Shown piece after piece: positions 38,582-48,612 of a DNA stretch of 52,991 bases (its first letter is position 1; every line of letters begins with the position of its first letter). The stretch is taken from the NCBI GenBank assembly GCA_018816985.1, contig JAHIVA010000021.1, positions 1-52,991 on the forward strand. Direction: 5' to 3'. Below the pieces are notes generated by a model, which worked only from the letters and a program-made list of their open reading frames with translations, was not told where the DNA came from and did no database searches. Both the position numbers and the translations under genes were made by a program. The stretch comes from Patescibacteria group bacterium (GTDB lineage: Bacteria > Patescibacteriota > Minisyncoccia > Phycocordibacterales > UBA9973).

Positions 38582-39463
38582 ATGTTTGAACAACATAAAA
38601 AATTTACTAAAAAATACGGACTATTTATTTTCACTTTATTGCTTTTAGTAATAAATATTTTTCTTTTTCGCTTAGATTGGCAAAATTCTCACCGAGGGCT
38701 TACTTTTGCCATACTGGATGTTGGTCAAGGTGACGGGCTTTTTATTGAGTCGCCAGTTGGAACACAGATTATGTTTGATGGTGGGCCTCCGCGTAAGGTT
38801 TTAGGCCCACTTGCACAGGTAATGTCTCCATTTGATAAAAGCATTGATGCTTTAATTATTACCAATCCTGACGTAGACCATATTGGTGGATTTTTAGATA
38901 TTTTAAAAAAGTACAAAGTAGGCCTTGTCCTTGAATCGGGAGCCTTGACCGATTCTAAAACTTACCAGAGTCTTAGAGAAGAAATGAAAAAACAAAATAT
39001 TCCGGATATTTTAGCGAGAAGAGGAATGCGGTTAGATATGGGCGGGGGAGTAGTCATTGATATTTTATTTCCTGATCGGGATGTTTCCTCTTGGGCGACC
39101 AACGAAGGGTCTGTGGTGGCTCGTTTGTCTTATGGCAATACGTCCATTATGTTAACCGGTGACGCCACTTTAAAAACTGAGAAAATAATTCTTTCGGAAA
39201 ATTCAAAAGACCAACTTAAAAGCACTATTTTAAAAGTGGGACATCATGGATCACGAACCTCTTCATCGGGAGAATTTTTAAAAGCAATTGCACCAGCGTA
39301 TGCGATTATCTCAGATGGCAAAAAAAATAATTTTGGCCATCCTCACCAAGAAACCCTGGATGCACTAGCTCAAATTAGTGCCCAGATTTTTCGTACTGAC
39401 TTATTGGGTAATATAGTTATGAAATCTGACGGAAAAAATATGGTATTTTCATTTAAAAAATAA
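38582..39463 (+). CDS. ComEC-associated metallo-beta-lactamase-fold protein
   Basis: LDVGQGD, TNPDVDHIGG, MLTGD, LKVGHHGS, FGHPH. Confidence 0.9.
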   Translation: MFEQHKKFTKKYGLFIFTLLLLVINIFLFRLDWQNSHRGLTFAILDVGQGDGLFIESPVGTQIMFDGGPPRKVLGPLAQVMSPFDKSIDALIITNPDVDHIGGFLDILKKYKVGLVLESGALTDSKTYQSLREEMKKQNIPDILARRGMRLDMGGGVVIDILFPDRDVSSWATNEGSVVARLSYGNTSIMLTGDATLKTEKIILSENSKDQLKSTILKVGHHGSRTSSSGEFLKAIAPAYAIISDGKKNNFGHPHQETLDALAQISAQIFRTDLLGNIVMKSDGKNMVFSFKK

Positions 39464-39533
39464 CCTCACCTTTTTGTTTTTTTTGTTAAGGAGAGGGGTT
39501 GGGGAGAGGTCGAGTCTATGATATAGTGTCTTT

Positions 39534-40778
39534 ATGAAAGATAAACTAATAGAAAAATTAATAAAAGCAGAGGAAAAGAGACAAGCGGAGGGATTAGAAC
39601 TTATTCCTTCTGAGAATTATGTTTCGGAGGATGTTTTAAAAGCAAATGGTTCTGTTTTTACAAACAAATATTCTGAAGGTTATCCTGGCAAGAGATATTA
39701 CGGTGGGCAAGAGAATACCGATGCTGTGGAACGTTTGGCTATTGAACGTGCCTGTAAATTATTCAACTGTAAATTTGCCAATGTTCAGCCACTTTCTGGC
39801 GCTCCAGCCAATGTTGCTACCTATTTTGCTTTAATGGAACCCGGGGATACGATTATGGGGATGGATTTGTCCCATGGGGGGCATTTAACTCACGGGAGTC
39901 CGGTTACTTACATTAGTAAAATTTTTAAATTTATTCGTTATAAAATGAAGAATATAGAAACAGGTGAAATTGATTATGACGATATGCTTAAAGTTGCAAT
40001 GAAAGAAAAACCAAAAATAATTCTTGCTGGGTTTTCCGCTTATTCTCGGGAACTGGATTATAAAAAATTTATAAAAATTGCTCATAAGGTTGGAGCGATA
40101 ACTATGGCAGATATGGCACACATTGCTGGTCTTATTGCTGGAAAAGCTGTGCGAAATCCTTTTACTGATGGCTTTGATATCATTACTACTACTACACACA
40201 AAACTCTTCGTGGTCCGCGTGGGGGAATGATTTTGATTCGAGATAATGAGGAAATAGCGAAAAAAATTGATAAATCCATTTTCCCTGGTCTGCAAGGTGG
40301 TCCACACATGAACAACATTGCCGCTAAAGCAGTGGCCTTTGGAGAGGCATTGACTCCAGCATTTAAAAAGTATACGAAACAAATTTTAAAAAATGCGAAA
40401 GTTATGGCTGAGGTTTTTCGTAAAAACAAAATCCGTATGATTGGTGGAGGAACGGATAATCACCTTATTCTGGCTGATGTTTATGGGTCCTTAGGAGTGA
40501 CTGGTAAAGAAGCCCAAGATGTTCTTGATGAAGTTGGTATTACGTTGAATAAAAATATGATTGCTGAAGACCCAAGAAAACCAATGGATCCATCAGGTAT
40601 TCGTTTTGGTACACCAGCGATTACGACACGTGGTTTTAAAGAGAAAGAATGTAGGCGAGTAGCAGAGTTGATGATTTTGGTTTTAAAAAATAAAAATAAC
40701 AAGAAAATAAAAGAATCAGCTCATAAAAAAATAAAAGCTTTAGCAAAAAAGTTTCCAATACCAAAAAAGTTTGTGTAG
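39534..40778 (+). CDS. glyA: Serine hydroxymethyltransferase
   Basis: LIPSENY, GGHLTHG, TTTTHKTLRGPRGG. Confidence 0.97.
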   Translation: MKDKLIEKLIKAEEKRQAEGLELIPSENYVSEDVLKANGSVFTNKYSEGYPGKRYYGGQENTDAVERLAIERACKLFNCKFANVQPLSGAPANVATYFALMEPGDTIMGMDLSHGGHLTHGSPVTYISKIFKFIRYKMKNIETGEIDYDDMLKVAMKEKPKIILAGFSAYSRELDYKKFIKIAHKVGAITMADMAHIAGLIAGKAVRNPFTDGFDIITTTTHKTLRGPRGGMILIRDNEEIAKKIDKSIFPGLQGGPHMNNIAAKAVAFGEALTPAFKKYTKQILKNAKVMAEVFRKNKIRMIGGGTDNHLILADVYGSLGVTGKEAQDVLDEVGITLNKNMIAEDPRKPMDPSGIRFGTPAITTRGFKEKECRRVAELMILVLKNKNNKKIKESAHKKIKALAKKFPIPKKFV

Positions 40779-40804
40779 AAATTATAAATTTAATAAAAAA
40801 ATTT

Positions 40805-41539
40805 ATGTTAAAAGGTAAAAATATTTTAATCACAGGTTCTTCAAAGGGGATAGGGGCAGCGACTGCTAGGTTAGCCAAAGAAAATGGCGCCAATGTTATT
40901 GTCCATGGAAGCAAGGACTCTCCTGAGCTTGAGGCTATTACTCAAGAGCTTGGGGCGGAAAAGATAATTTGTGATGTTAAAGATAGAATTGCTGTATTTC
41001 GCGAAATTAATAAACTTTTGGAAAAGAAAATTCAAATTCATTGTTTAGCCAATATTGCTGGGGCTGCGAATCATAAACCTTTTTTAGAAACGACCGAAGA
41101 AGACTGGATATTTGCTTATAAAACAAATGTATTGGGGACTGTGTATATGTGTCAGGCCTTAATTCCGTCTATGCAATCGTATAAATACGGACGTATTGTT
41201 AATGTTGGCTCAATTAGGGCTCGTCCGCAAGGGGCCCTAGCGGGCAATTTACCGTACGCTGTTTCTAAGGCAGCGATTTTAAACATAACAGCTGCTCTTG
41301 CTAGGGAATATGCCAAAGATGGCATTAGTGTGAATTCTATTTCCCCTGGGGGAGTAGAAACGGATTTAGCTAAGGCTTGGAACGAGGAGACCAGAAGAAG
41401 AAATTCTGATGTTTTGTTGGGCCGCGTAGCTGACCCCAAAGAAATTGCCGAAGCGATATGCTTTTTCTTGAGCGATAAAGCGAGTTATGCCACTGGACAA
41501 GATTTTCTCATTGACGGTGGGTATATCATAGGTAAATAA
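40805..41539 (+). CDS. SDR family oxidoreductase
   Basis: TGSSKGIG, YAVSK catalytic motif, VNSISPG, IDGG. Confidence 0.9.
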   Translation: MLKGKNILITGSSKGIGAATARLAKENGANVIVHGSKDSPELEAITQELGAEKIICDVKDRIAVFREINKLLEKKIQIHCLANIAGAANHKPFLETTEEDWIFAYKTNVLGTVYMCQALIPSMQSYKYGRIVNVGSIRARPQGALAGNLPYAVSKAAILNITAALAREYAKDGISVNSISPGGVETDLAKAWNEETRRRNSDVLLGRVADPKEIAEAICFFLSDKASYATGQDFLIDGGYIIGK

Positions 41540-41599
41540 AAGAAAATCCTGTTTTGATATTTATTTTCAATTTAAGCCTTTTTCTGTTATATTTTATAG

Positions 41600-42304
41600 A
41601 TGGCGAAAAAGGGTAAACTGATAGTAATAGATGGCACGGACGGGTCTGGTAAGGCAACACAGGTCAAGCTTTTAGCGAAGACCCTGAGGAATAAAGGGTT
41701 TAAATTAAAGATTGTTGATTTTCCGGAATATTATAAAAATTTTTTTGGGAAATTTATCGGACATTGCCTATCTGAACAATATTATAATTTTGTGAAAGTA
41801 CATCCGAAGATTGCTTCGGTGCTTTATGCGGCGGATCGTTTTGAATCAAAGGAAAAAATTAAAAAATGGCTTGTTGAAGGCAATATAATTATTGCCAATA
41901 GATATGCCAGTGCCAACCAGATTCATCAAGGCGGAAAAATTGCCAATACAAAGAAAAGGGAAAGTTTTCTCAAGTGGTTGGCGCAGATGGAGTATGAAGT
42001 TTTCAAAATTCCGAAGCCGGATGCTGTGTTTTATTTGAGCGTGCCAATTCCCACAGTTTTAAAATTAATTAAAGAAAGAAATGGCAATAACCATAGAAAA
42101 TATTTAGGCAAGCAAAAAGCAAAAAAAGAAGATGTTCATGAAAAAGATATAAAATTTTTAGAAAATTCCTGCCAAAGCGCGCTTTGGCTTGCTAAAACTC
42201 AAAAAGGCTGGATTAAAATTGAATGTGAAAAAAATGGAGTTTTAGATAATCGTGAAAATATTCATCAAAAAATTTATGAAAAGATTAAAAAGATTATCAA
42301 ATAA
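41600..42304 (+). CDS. tmk: Thymidylate kinase
   Basis: IDGTDGSGKATQ, LYAADR, ANRYASAN. Confidence 0.9.
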   Translation: MAKKGKLIVIDGTDGSGKATQVKLLAKTLRNKGFKLKIVDFPEYYKNFFGKFIGHCLSEQYYNFVKVHPKIASVLYAADRFESKEKIKKWLVEGNIIIANRYASANQIHQGGKIANTKKRESFLKWLAQMEYEVFKIPKPDAVFYLSVPIPTVLKLIKERNGNNHRKYLGKQKAKKEDVHEKDIKFLENSCQSALWLAKTQKGWIKIECEKNGVLDNRENIHQKIYEKIKKIIK

Positions 42305-42312
42305 AAAAAGAA

Positions 42313-42735
42313 ATGCAAATTAAAATTAAAAAATTAAAAGCGAACGCAAAATTGCCAAAGTGTCATCATCCCGGGGATGTGGGGATGGATTTGTATTCAA
42401 TGGAAACAGTTACGGTAAAGCCCGGGGAGCACCATTATTTTTGGCATGGTTTTGCACTTGAATTTCCGGAAGGGTATGGGGCAATCATTATGGATAAGGG
42501 GAGTATTTCTAAAGCAGGTTTTGTTCATATGGGAGGAGTATATGATGCGGGCTACCGAGGCGAATATAATACACTTTTAGTAAATTTATCCGACAAGAGT
42601 TATACTTTTAAAGAAGGGGATAAGGTTTCCCAGCTTGTGATTATGCCGGTGGTTATTGCTAAATTAAAAGAAGTTAAAAAATTAAGTGAATCCGCCCGGG
42701 GAGAAGGGAGGTTTGGAAGCACGGGTAAAAAATAA
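42313..42735 (+). CDS. dut: dUTP diphosphatase
   Basis: GMDL, GVYDAGYRGE, RGEGRFGSTG. Confidence 0.92.
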   Translation: MQIKIKKLKANAKLPKCHHPGDVGMDLYSMETVTVKPGEHHYFWHGFALEFPEGYGAIIMDKGSISKAGFVHMGGVYDAGYRGEYNTLLVNLSDKSYTFKEGDKVSQLVIMPVVIAKLKEVKKLSESARGEGRFGSTGKK

Positions 42736-42737
42736 TT

Positions 42738-44480
42738 ATGCAACAAGAAATAAAAAATTTAATAAAAGATGTTCTGAAAAATCTGGATATAGAAGTTAGC
42801 AATATTGCGTTGGAACATCCTGAAGATTTAATAAATGGAGATTATTCTACCAATGTGGCCTTAGCTATTGCTAAAAGTATTGAGAGGAATCCAAAAGAAT
42901 TAGCCGAAAAAATAGTTGTTGAAATCAACAGATTAAACGTAGATAAAAATATTGAAAAAGTTGAAATTGCCGGCAATGGCTTTATAAATTTCTATTTGTC
43001 TAGAAAATTTTTTACTAAAAGTACCGAAGAAATTTTAAATAAAGTAGAAAATTTTGGGAAAAACGATCTTTTTAAATCTAAAAAAATAATGGTTGAGTAT
43101 ACGGATCCGAATCCCTTTAAACCTTTTCATATTGGACATTTAATGACAAATGCCATTGGAGAATCAGTTGCGAGAATTTTGGAACACTCTGGAGCTATTG
43201 TTTCTAGAGCAAATTATCAGGGGGATGTTGGGCTTCATGTGGCAAAAGCTATTTACGGGCTTTTAGATAATGAAAAACTGCAAAGCAAGAAAGGGTCACA
43301 TAACTTACAGGCGGAAAATATAGGGAAAGCTTATGCGCGCGGAGCTGAACTTTATGAGATTGACGAAAAAGTAAAAAAAGAGATTGAAGAAATAAACAAA
43401 AAAATCTACGAAAGAAACGACGAGAAGATAAATAAAATATATGAATGGGGCTTTAAGGTAACGATGGACGCTTTTGAAGATTTATATAAAATACTCGGTA
43501 CTAAATTTGATTTTTATTTTCTGGAAAGCAAGATGTCTAATATCGGAAAGGGAATCGTTAAAGATAATATGGACAAAGTTATAGATCCTGAGGGGAGTCG
43601 AATGATTTTTGAAGAGTCCGATGGGGCTATCGTCTTTAAAGCTGAGAAATATGATCCAAAACTTCATACTAGAGTTTTTATCACTTCGGCTGGTTTGCCC
43701 ACTTATGAGGCAAAAGATTTGGCATTAACGGAAGAAAAATTCAAAACTGACCCCAATTTAGACTTGTCTATCATGGTTACTGCCAATGAGCAAGTGGACT
43801 ATATGAGGGTTGTGGTGAAGGCTATTTCGCTATTACATCCGGGTATTGAAAATAAGATGAAACACATTACTCACGGTATGATGCGTTTTGCTTCTGGTAA
43901 AATGGGTTCCCGAAAAGGGAATATAATTACTGGAGAGGCTTTTTTAAGAGATGTTCGAGATAGTGTTTTAGAAAGGATGACTGACAGAAGTTTTCCCCCG
44001 GATGAAGAAGAGAGAATTGCTTCCAATGTTGGCGTGGCAGCGATAAAATATTCTATTTTAAAGCAAGGAATCGGCGGAAACATTATTTATGATTTTGAAA
44101 AATCAATTTCTTTTGAAGGGGATTCCGGACCATATCTTCAATATTCTTACGCTCGGGCGAATTCTGTTTTAGAAAAAGCGCAAAAAGAAAATATTCTGCC
44201 AGATTTTGAATTTACGCCTTCCGAAATTTTGGAAGTAGAAAAATTGTTGTATAGATTTCCAGAAGTTGTTTTCCGTTCCGCTGACGAACACGAACCGCAC
44301 TATATTGCAAACTACTTGATAGAAGTGGCCCGTTCTTTTAATAGCTTTTATGGCAATACGGTTATCGTCAACAAAGAAGACAAAACTTCTTCCTACAAAG
44401 TCGCCCTGACTTATGCCTTTTCTTTTGTCATGAAAACTGGCTTGCATCTCCTCGGTATCGAAGCGCCAAAAAAGATGTAA
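42738..44480 (+). CDS. argS: Arginine--tRNA ligase
   Basis: GDYSTN, PNPFKPFHIGH, KMGSRKG, GPYLQYSYAR, GLHLLGI...KM. Confidence 0.96.
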   Translation: MQQEIKNLIKDVLKNLDIEVSNIALEHPEDLINGDYSTNVALAIAKSIERNPKELAEKIVVEINRLNVDKNIEKVEIAGNGFINFYLSRKFFTKSTEEILNKVENFGKNDLFKSKKIMVEYTDPNPFKPFHIGHLMTNAIGESVARILEHSGAIVSRANYQGDVGLHVAKAIYGLLDNEKLQSKKGSHNLQAENIGKAYARGAELYEIDEKVKKEIEEINKKIYERNDEKINKIYEWGFKVTMDAFEDLYKILGTKFDFYFLESKMSNIGKGIVKDNMDKVIDPEGSRMIFEESDGAIVFKAEKYDPKLHTRVFITSAGLPTYEAKDLALTEEKFKTDPNLDLSIMVTANEQVDYMRVVVKAISLLHPGIENKMKHITHGMMRFASGKMGSRKGNIITGEAFLRDVRDSVLERMTDRSFPPDEEERIASNVGVAAIKYSILKQGIGGNIIYDFEKSISFEGDSGPYLQYSYARANSVLEKAQKENILPDFEFTPSEILEVEKLLYRFPEVVFRSADEHEPHYIANYLIEVARSFNSFYGNTVIVNKEDKTSSYKVALTYAFSFVMKTGLHLLGIEAPKKM

Positions 44481-44512
44481 AAATAAAGATTTTATGTTAA
44501 AATCATCCGATA

Positions 44513-47500
44513 ATGTCCGAAGAAACAAAAAATACAAAAAGTGAGACGGCTTTGCGGGAAGAGAAAATTTTGGAGTTCTGGAAAGAAAATAAAATTTTTT
44601 CGAAGACTCTGAGTGCGACGAAGGGGAAAAAAGAATTCATATTTTATGAAGGTCCGCCGACTGCCAATGGTCAGCCAGGAATTCATCATCTGGAAGCACG
44701 AGCGTTTAAAGATGCCATTCCCAGATATAAAACAATGCAAGGCTTCCACGTTCGCCGAAAAGGAGGTTGGGATACCCATGGGTTGCCAGTGGAGCTTCAG
44801 GTGGAAAAAAAGCTTGGATTAAATTCTAAAAAAGCGATAGAAGAGTACGGCATTGCGAAGTTTAATCAAGAATGTAAGGAATCTGTTTGGGAATATCTGG
44901 ATGTGTGGAATAAATTTACTAAACGTATCGGTTATTGGGTGGACCAGGAAAACCCATATGTCACTTATTACAATAATTATATTGAATCTGTTTGGAATAT
45001 TATTAAAAAAATAAATCAACAAAATTTGCTTTATAAAGATTATAAAGTTGTGCCTTGGTGTCCGAGATGTGGAACAGCCCTATCTTCCCACGAGCTCGCT
45101 CAGGGCTATGAAGATGTGAAAGATTTGTCGGTTTATGTGAAATTTAAAGTTATTAGTCCTTCGCAGGGCTCAGGACAAGCAAATATGAATACATATTTGC
45201 TTGCTTGGACAACGACGCCGTGGACTTTGCCGGGAAATGTGGCTTTGGCGGTGGGTGAAAATATTGATTATGTAAAAATAAAAGTTGCAAATAATACAAG
45301 TAAAATTTATATTCTTGCCAAAGAGAGACTTTCAATTCTAACTGAATTGTATGAGGTTATAGAAGAAATAAAAGGCAAAGATTTAATTGGCTTAGAATAT
45401 GAACCATTGTATTCGTTTCTTGCAGATACTATTTCTGAAAATGAAAAACTAAAATTAGAAAAAGCTTTTAAGGTTTACGGAGCGGATTTTGTCACTATTG
45501 AAGATGGCACAGGCGTAGTACATACTGCGGTGATGTACGGACAGGATGATTTTGAACTTGGTACGAAGATTGGTTTACCCAAGCATCACTTGGTGGGCTT
45601 AGATGGAAAATTCTTACTGGGTACTGGAATATTTGCTGGTCGCTTTGTTCGGGACGAGGAAGTGGCGGTAGATATTATTAAAGATTTAGCTCATCGCGGG
45701 CTTCTTCTAAAAAAAGAAAAATTTGAACACTCTTATCCACATTGCTGGAGATGTAAAACAGCGCTTATTTATTATGCTCGTGATTCTTGGTATATCAAAG
45801 TTTCTGATTCAAAAATAAAGGCTCAGATGATTGCCGAAAATAAAGAAATAAATTGGGAACCGGCGCATACTCGGGATGGGCGTTTTGGGGAATGGTTGAG
45901 GGAAATCAAAGACTGGGCGGTTTCCAGAGAGCGATATTGGGGCACGCCCTTACCGGTTTGGGTTTGCGAAACTTGTCAAAAGATTGAAGTGCTGGGAAGC
46001 GTAGAAGAAATAAAAGAAAAAATAAAAAAGTCTGGGAATAAATATTTTGTGATGCGGCACGGAGAAGCGAAAAACAACACTGCTGTCGGTATTCATTATT
46101 ATAAAAATACAGAACATAGTGCTCCTCTGACAGAAAAAGGAAAAGAGCAAGTTTTAGAAAGTTCGAAAAATTTCAAGGAAAAGATTGATTTGATTATTTG
46201 CTCACCATTTGAGAGAGCTAAGGAAACTGCTGAAATAGTTTGTGGACAGATTAATTTTCCGCCAGAGAAAATTATTTATGACAAACGAATTAAAGAATGG
46301 GAAGTTAGTTCTTTTTTTGAAGGGAAAGATAGAGCGGTTTTTAAAAAATATTACGATGCAGGTTATTTAGACAATCCGAAAGAAGTTTTACCGGACGGAG
46401 AAAGTTTTGCTGAAGTAGTTAAACGAGTCGGTGGTTTTATTTGTGATGTAGAAGAAAAATATTTCGATAAAAATATTCTTATTGTCGGGCACAGTGGATC
46501 AATGCGAGCTTTAGATTTTATAGTGAAAGAATTGTCTTTTGATGACCTGTCAACTAGGAATAATCCCTTAACTCTTCTTCAAAATGCTGAGATAAGAAAA
46601 CTTAATTTTGTTCCTCTTCCACATAACACAGATTGCGAACTTGATTTACATAGGCCGTATATTGATGAAATTAATCTAGTTTGTACCCATTCGGCAAGCT
46701 CAGGGCAAGCTTGTGGGGGTAAATTAGTGCGTACTAAAGAAGTGATGGATGTCTGGCTTGATTCTGGTTGTATGCCTTTCGCACAAAACCATTATCCTTT
46801 TGAAAACAAAAAATGGGTGGACGGGACGGGTTATCCGGCTGATTTTATTTCTGAAGCAATTGATCAGACTCGGGGATGGTTTTATACCCTGCATGCTATT
46901 GGTGTATTGATGGGGAGAGGAAAAGCTTATAAAAATGTTATTTGTCTCGGACATTTATTGGATGCAAAAGGAAAAAAGATGTCTAAATCTCTCGGCAATA
47001 TTGTTGACCCATGGGAAGCAATGGATAAATATGGCGTGGATATATTACGTCTTTGGATGTACTCGGTTAATCAACCAGGTGAGTCTAAAAATTTTGATGA
47101 AAAAACAGTGGCCCTGTTGCATCAGCAAGTTTTTGGTTTGCTTTATAATGTGCTTGCTTTTTACGAACTTTATCGGGATAAAAATTTAGAAAAAAACAAT
47201 CACTCAAGATCAAAAAATATTTTAGATATTTGGATTTTAGCTAGACTGGATGAATTAATAGTCCTGACAACTAAGCATCTCGATGATTATAAATTACTCG
47301 AGCCGACTAGGGCCATTCGGGATTTTATTGGAGACCTTTCTACTTGGTACTTGCGTCGCTCTCGAGAAAGAATAAAAGAGGGAGACACAGAAGCAAAAGT
47401 AACTTTGTATTTTGTAATAAAAACATTAACTAAGGTCATGGCTCCATTCGCCCCCTTGGCTTCAGAAGATATTTGGCTTAAACTGAAAACCAAAGACGAT

Positions 47501-48535
47501 AAAGAAAGCGTACATTTGACTGAATGGCCACGGAAATCTTTTAGAATTTTTTCTTTTGGAGAAAATAAATTTTTACGGGATATGGAAGTAGCAAGAAATA
47601 TAGTCACTCTTGGTCTTGAAGCTCGGCAAAGGGCTGGGATCAAAGTTCGTCAACCATTAAATAAGCTGGAGATTATCTCTAGAAAATTATCCGAAGAATA
47701 TCTAAATATTATAAAAAAAGAGTTAAATATTAAAAATATTGATTATGTTTTAAAAATAAAAATAGGTATTCAAAAAGTAAATTTGGACACAACCATTACT
47801 CCTGAATTAAAAGCGGAAGGAGATTATCGTGAATTTATGCGAGAGCTACAAGATGAAAGAAAAAAAATGGGGCTTGCCCCGGGTGATCAAATGCCACTTA
47901 GTATTGAGAAGATATATAAAAAGTATAAAATCATGCCAAGTTTGCAGGAACATATGCTCCGAACAGCAGCTGTGGCGTTTTTAATTTGTGATAATTTTGA
48001 TGAACCTTTGCCGAAAGAAGAAATTGTTACCGCTTGTTTGCTTCATGATATGGGGAATATTATTAAGTTTAAATTAGATTACTTTCCGGAGTTGAATGAA
48101 CCAGAAGGAATAGAATATTGGCAGAATGTGCAAAAAGAATATATTAGAAAATACGGTAAGAAAGAATCTGTTGCTCATACTAAAATTGCCCAAGAAATTG
48201 GTGCGAATGAGAGAATGTTGGAATTAATTAATGCGATTAGTTTTTTAGGTGCTCCCGTTAACCTCTTAGACACAGATTTTAGCAAAAAGGTTGTTGAATA
48301 TTGCGATGAACGTGTGGGTATTTTGGGTATAGTAAACATAGAACAAAGGCTTATGGATTTAAGAAAACGTTATGCGCATCACGAAGGCCACACTCCTGAA
48401 CGCGATGTATTTGAAAATGCTGTAAGACAAATTGAAAAACAAATTTTTGCCAAATGTAAAATAAAACCGGAAGACATAAATGAGGCAACCGTAGCCCCTG
48501 TAATTTCAGAGTTAAGAAATTTCGTGATACGCTAA
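44513..48535 (+). CDS. ileS: Isoleucine--tRNA ligase (type 2) with inserted histidine-phosphatase domain and C-terminal HD domain
   Basis: EGPPTANG, GWDTHGLP, WTTTPWTLP, SRERYWGTP, DQTRGWF, KMSKS; extra MRHGE...VGH domain; C-terminal HMLR...LLHDMGN...CDER. Confidence 0.93.
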   Translation: MSEETKNTKSETALREEKILEFWKENKIFSKTLSATKGKKEFIFYEGPPTANGQPGIHHLEARAFKDAIPRYKTMQGFHVRRKGGWDTHGLPVELQVEKKLGLNSKKAIEEYGIAKFNQECKESVWEYLDVWNKFTKRIGYWVDQENPYVTYYNNYIESVWNIIKKINQQNLLYKDYKVVPWCPRCGTALSSHELAQGYEDVKDLSVYVKFKVISPSQGSGQANMNTYLLAWTTTPWTLPGNVALAVGENIDYVKIKVANNTSKIYILAKERLSILTELYEVIEEIKGKDLIGLEYEPLYSFLADTISENEKLKLEKAFKVYGADFVTIEDGTGVVHTAVMYGQDDFELGTKIGLPKHHLVGLDGKFLLGTGIFAGRFVRDEEVAVDIIKDLAHRGLLLKKEKFEHSYPHCWRCKTALIYYARDSWYIKVSDSKIKAQMIAENKEINWEPAHTRDGRFGEWLREIKDWAVSRERYWGTPLPVWVCETCQKIEVLGSVEEIKEKIKKSGNKYFVMRHGEAKNNTAVGIHYYKNTEHSAPLTEKGKEQVLESSKNFKEKIDLIICSPFERAKETAEIVCGQINFPPEKIIYDKRIKEWEVSSFFEGKDRAVFKKYYDAGYLDNPKEVLPDGESFAEVVKRVGGFICDVEEKYFDKNILIVGHSGSMRALDFIVKELSFDDLSTRNNPLTLLQNAEIRKLNFVPLPHNTDCELDLHRPYIDEINLVCTHSASSGQACGGKLVRTKEVMDVWLDSGCMPFAQNHYPFENKKWVDGTGYPADFISEAIDQTRGWFYTLHAIGVLMGRGKAYKNVICLGHLLDAKGKKMSKSLGNIVDPWEAMDKYGVDILRLWMYSVNQPGESKNFDEKTVALLHQQVFGLLYNVLAFYELYRDKNLEKNNHSRSKNILDIWILARLDELIVLTTKHLDDYKLLEPTRAIRDFIGDLSTWYLRRSRERIKEGDTEAKVTLYFVIKTLTKVMAPFAPLASEDIWLKLKTKDDKESVHLTEWPRKSFRIFSFGENKFLRDMEVARNIVTLGLEARQRAGIKVRQPLNKLEIISRKLSEEYLNIIKKELNIKNIDYVLKIKIGIQKVNLDTTITPELKAEGDYREFMRELQDERKKMGLAPGDQMPLSIEKIYKKYKIMPSLQEHMLRTAAVAFLICDNFDEPLPKEEIVTACLLHDMGNIIKFKLDYFPELNEPEGIEYWQNVQKEYIRKYGKKESVAHTKIAQEIGANERMLELINAISFLGAPVNLLDTDFSKKVVEYCDERVGILGIVNIEQRLMDLRKRYAHHEGHTPERDVFENAVRQIEKQIFAKCKIKPEDINEATVAPVISELRNFVIR

Positions 48536-48569
48536 GATAGAAAAAATAGTAAAAGAAAAAAATCTGACC

Positions 48570-48603
48570 ATAACACACTTTCGTGATCGCGATGGCATGT
48601 TAT
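48570..48603. repeat. 34-bp imperfect palindrome, left flank of the PaaX/Cas2-like gene
   Basis: ATAACA-CACTT-TCGTGATCGCGA-TGGCA-TGTTAT; overlaps the TGtTATAAT -10 element. Confidence 0.85.
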
Positions 48604-48612
48604 AATAGATTT

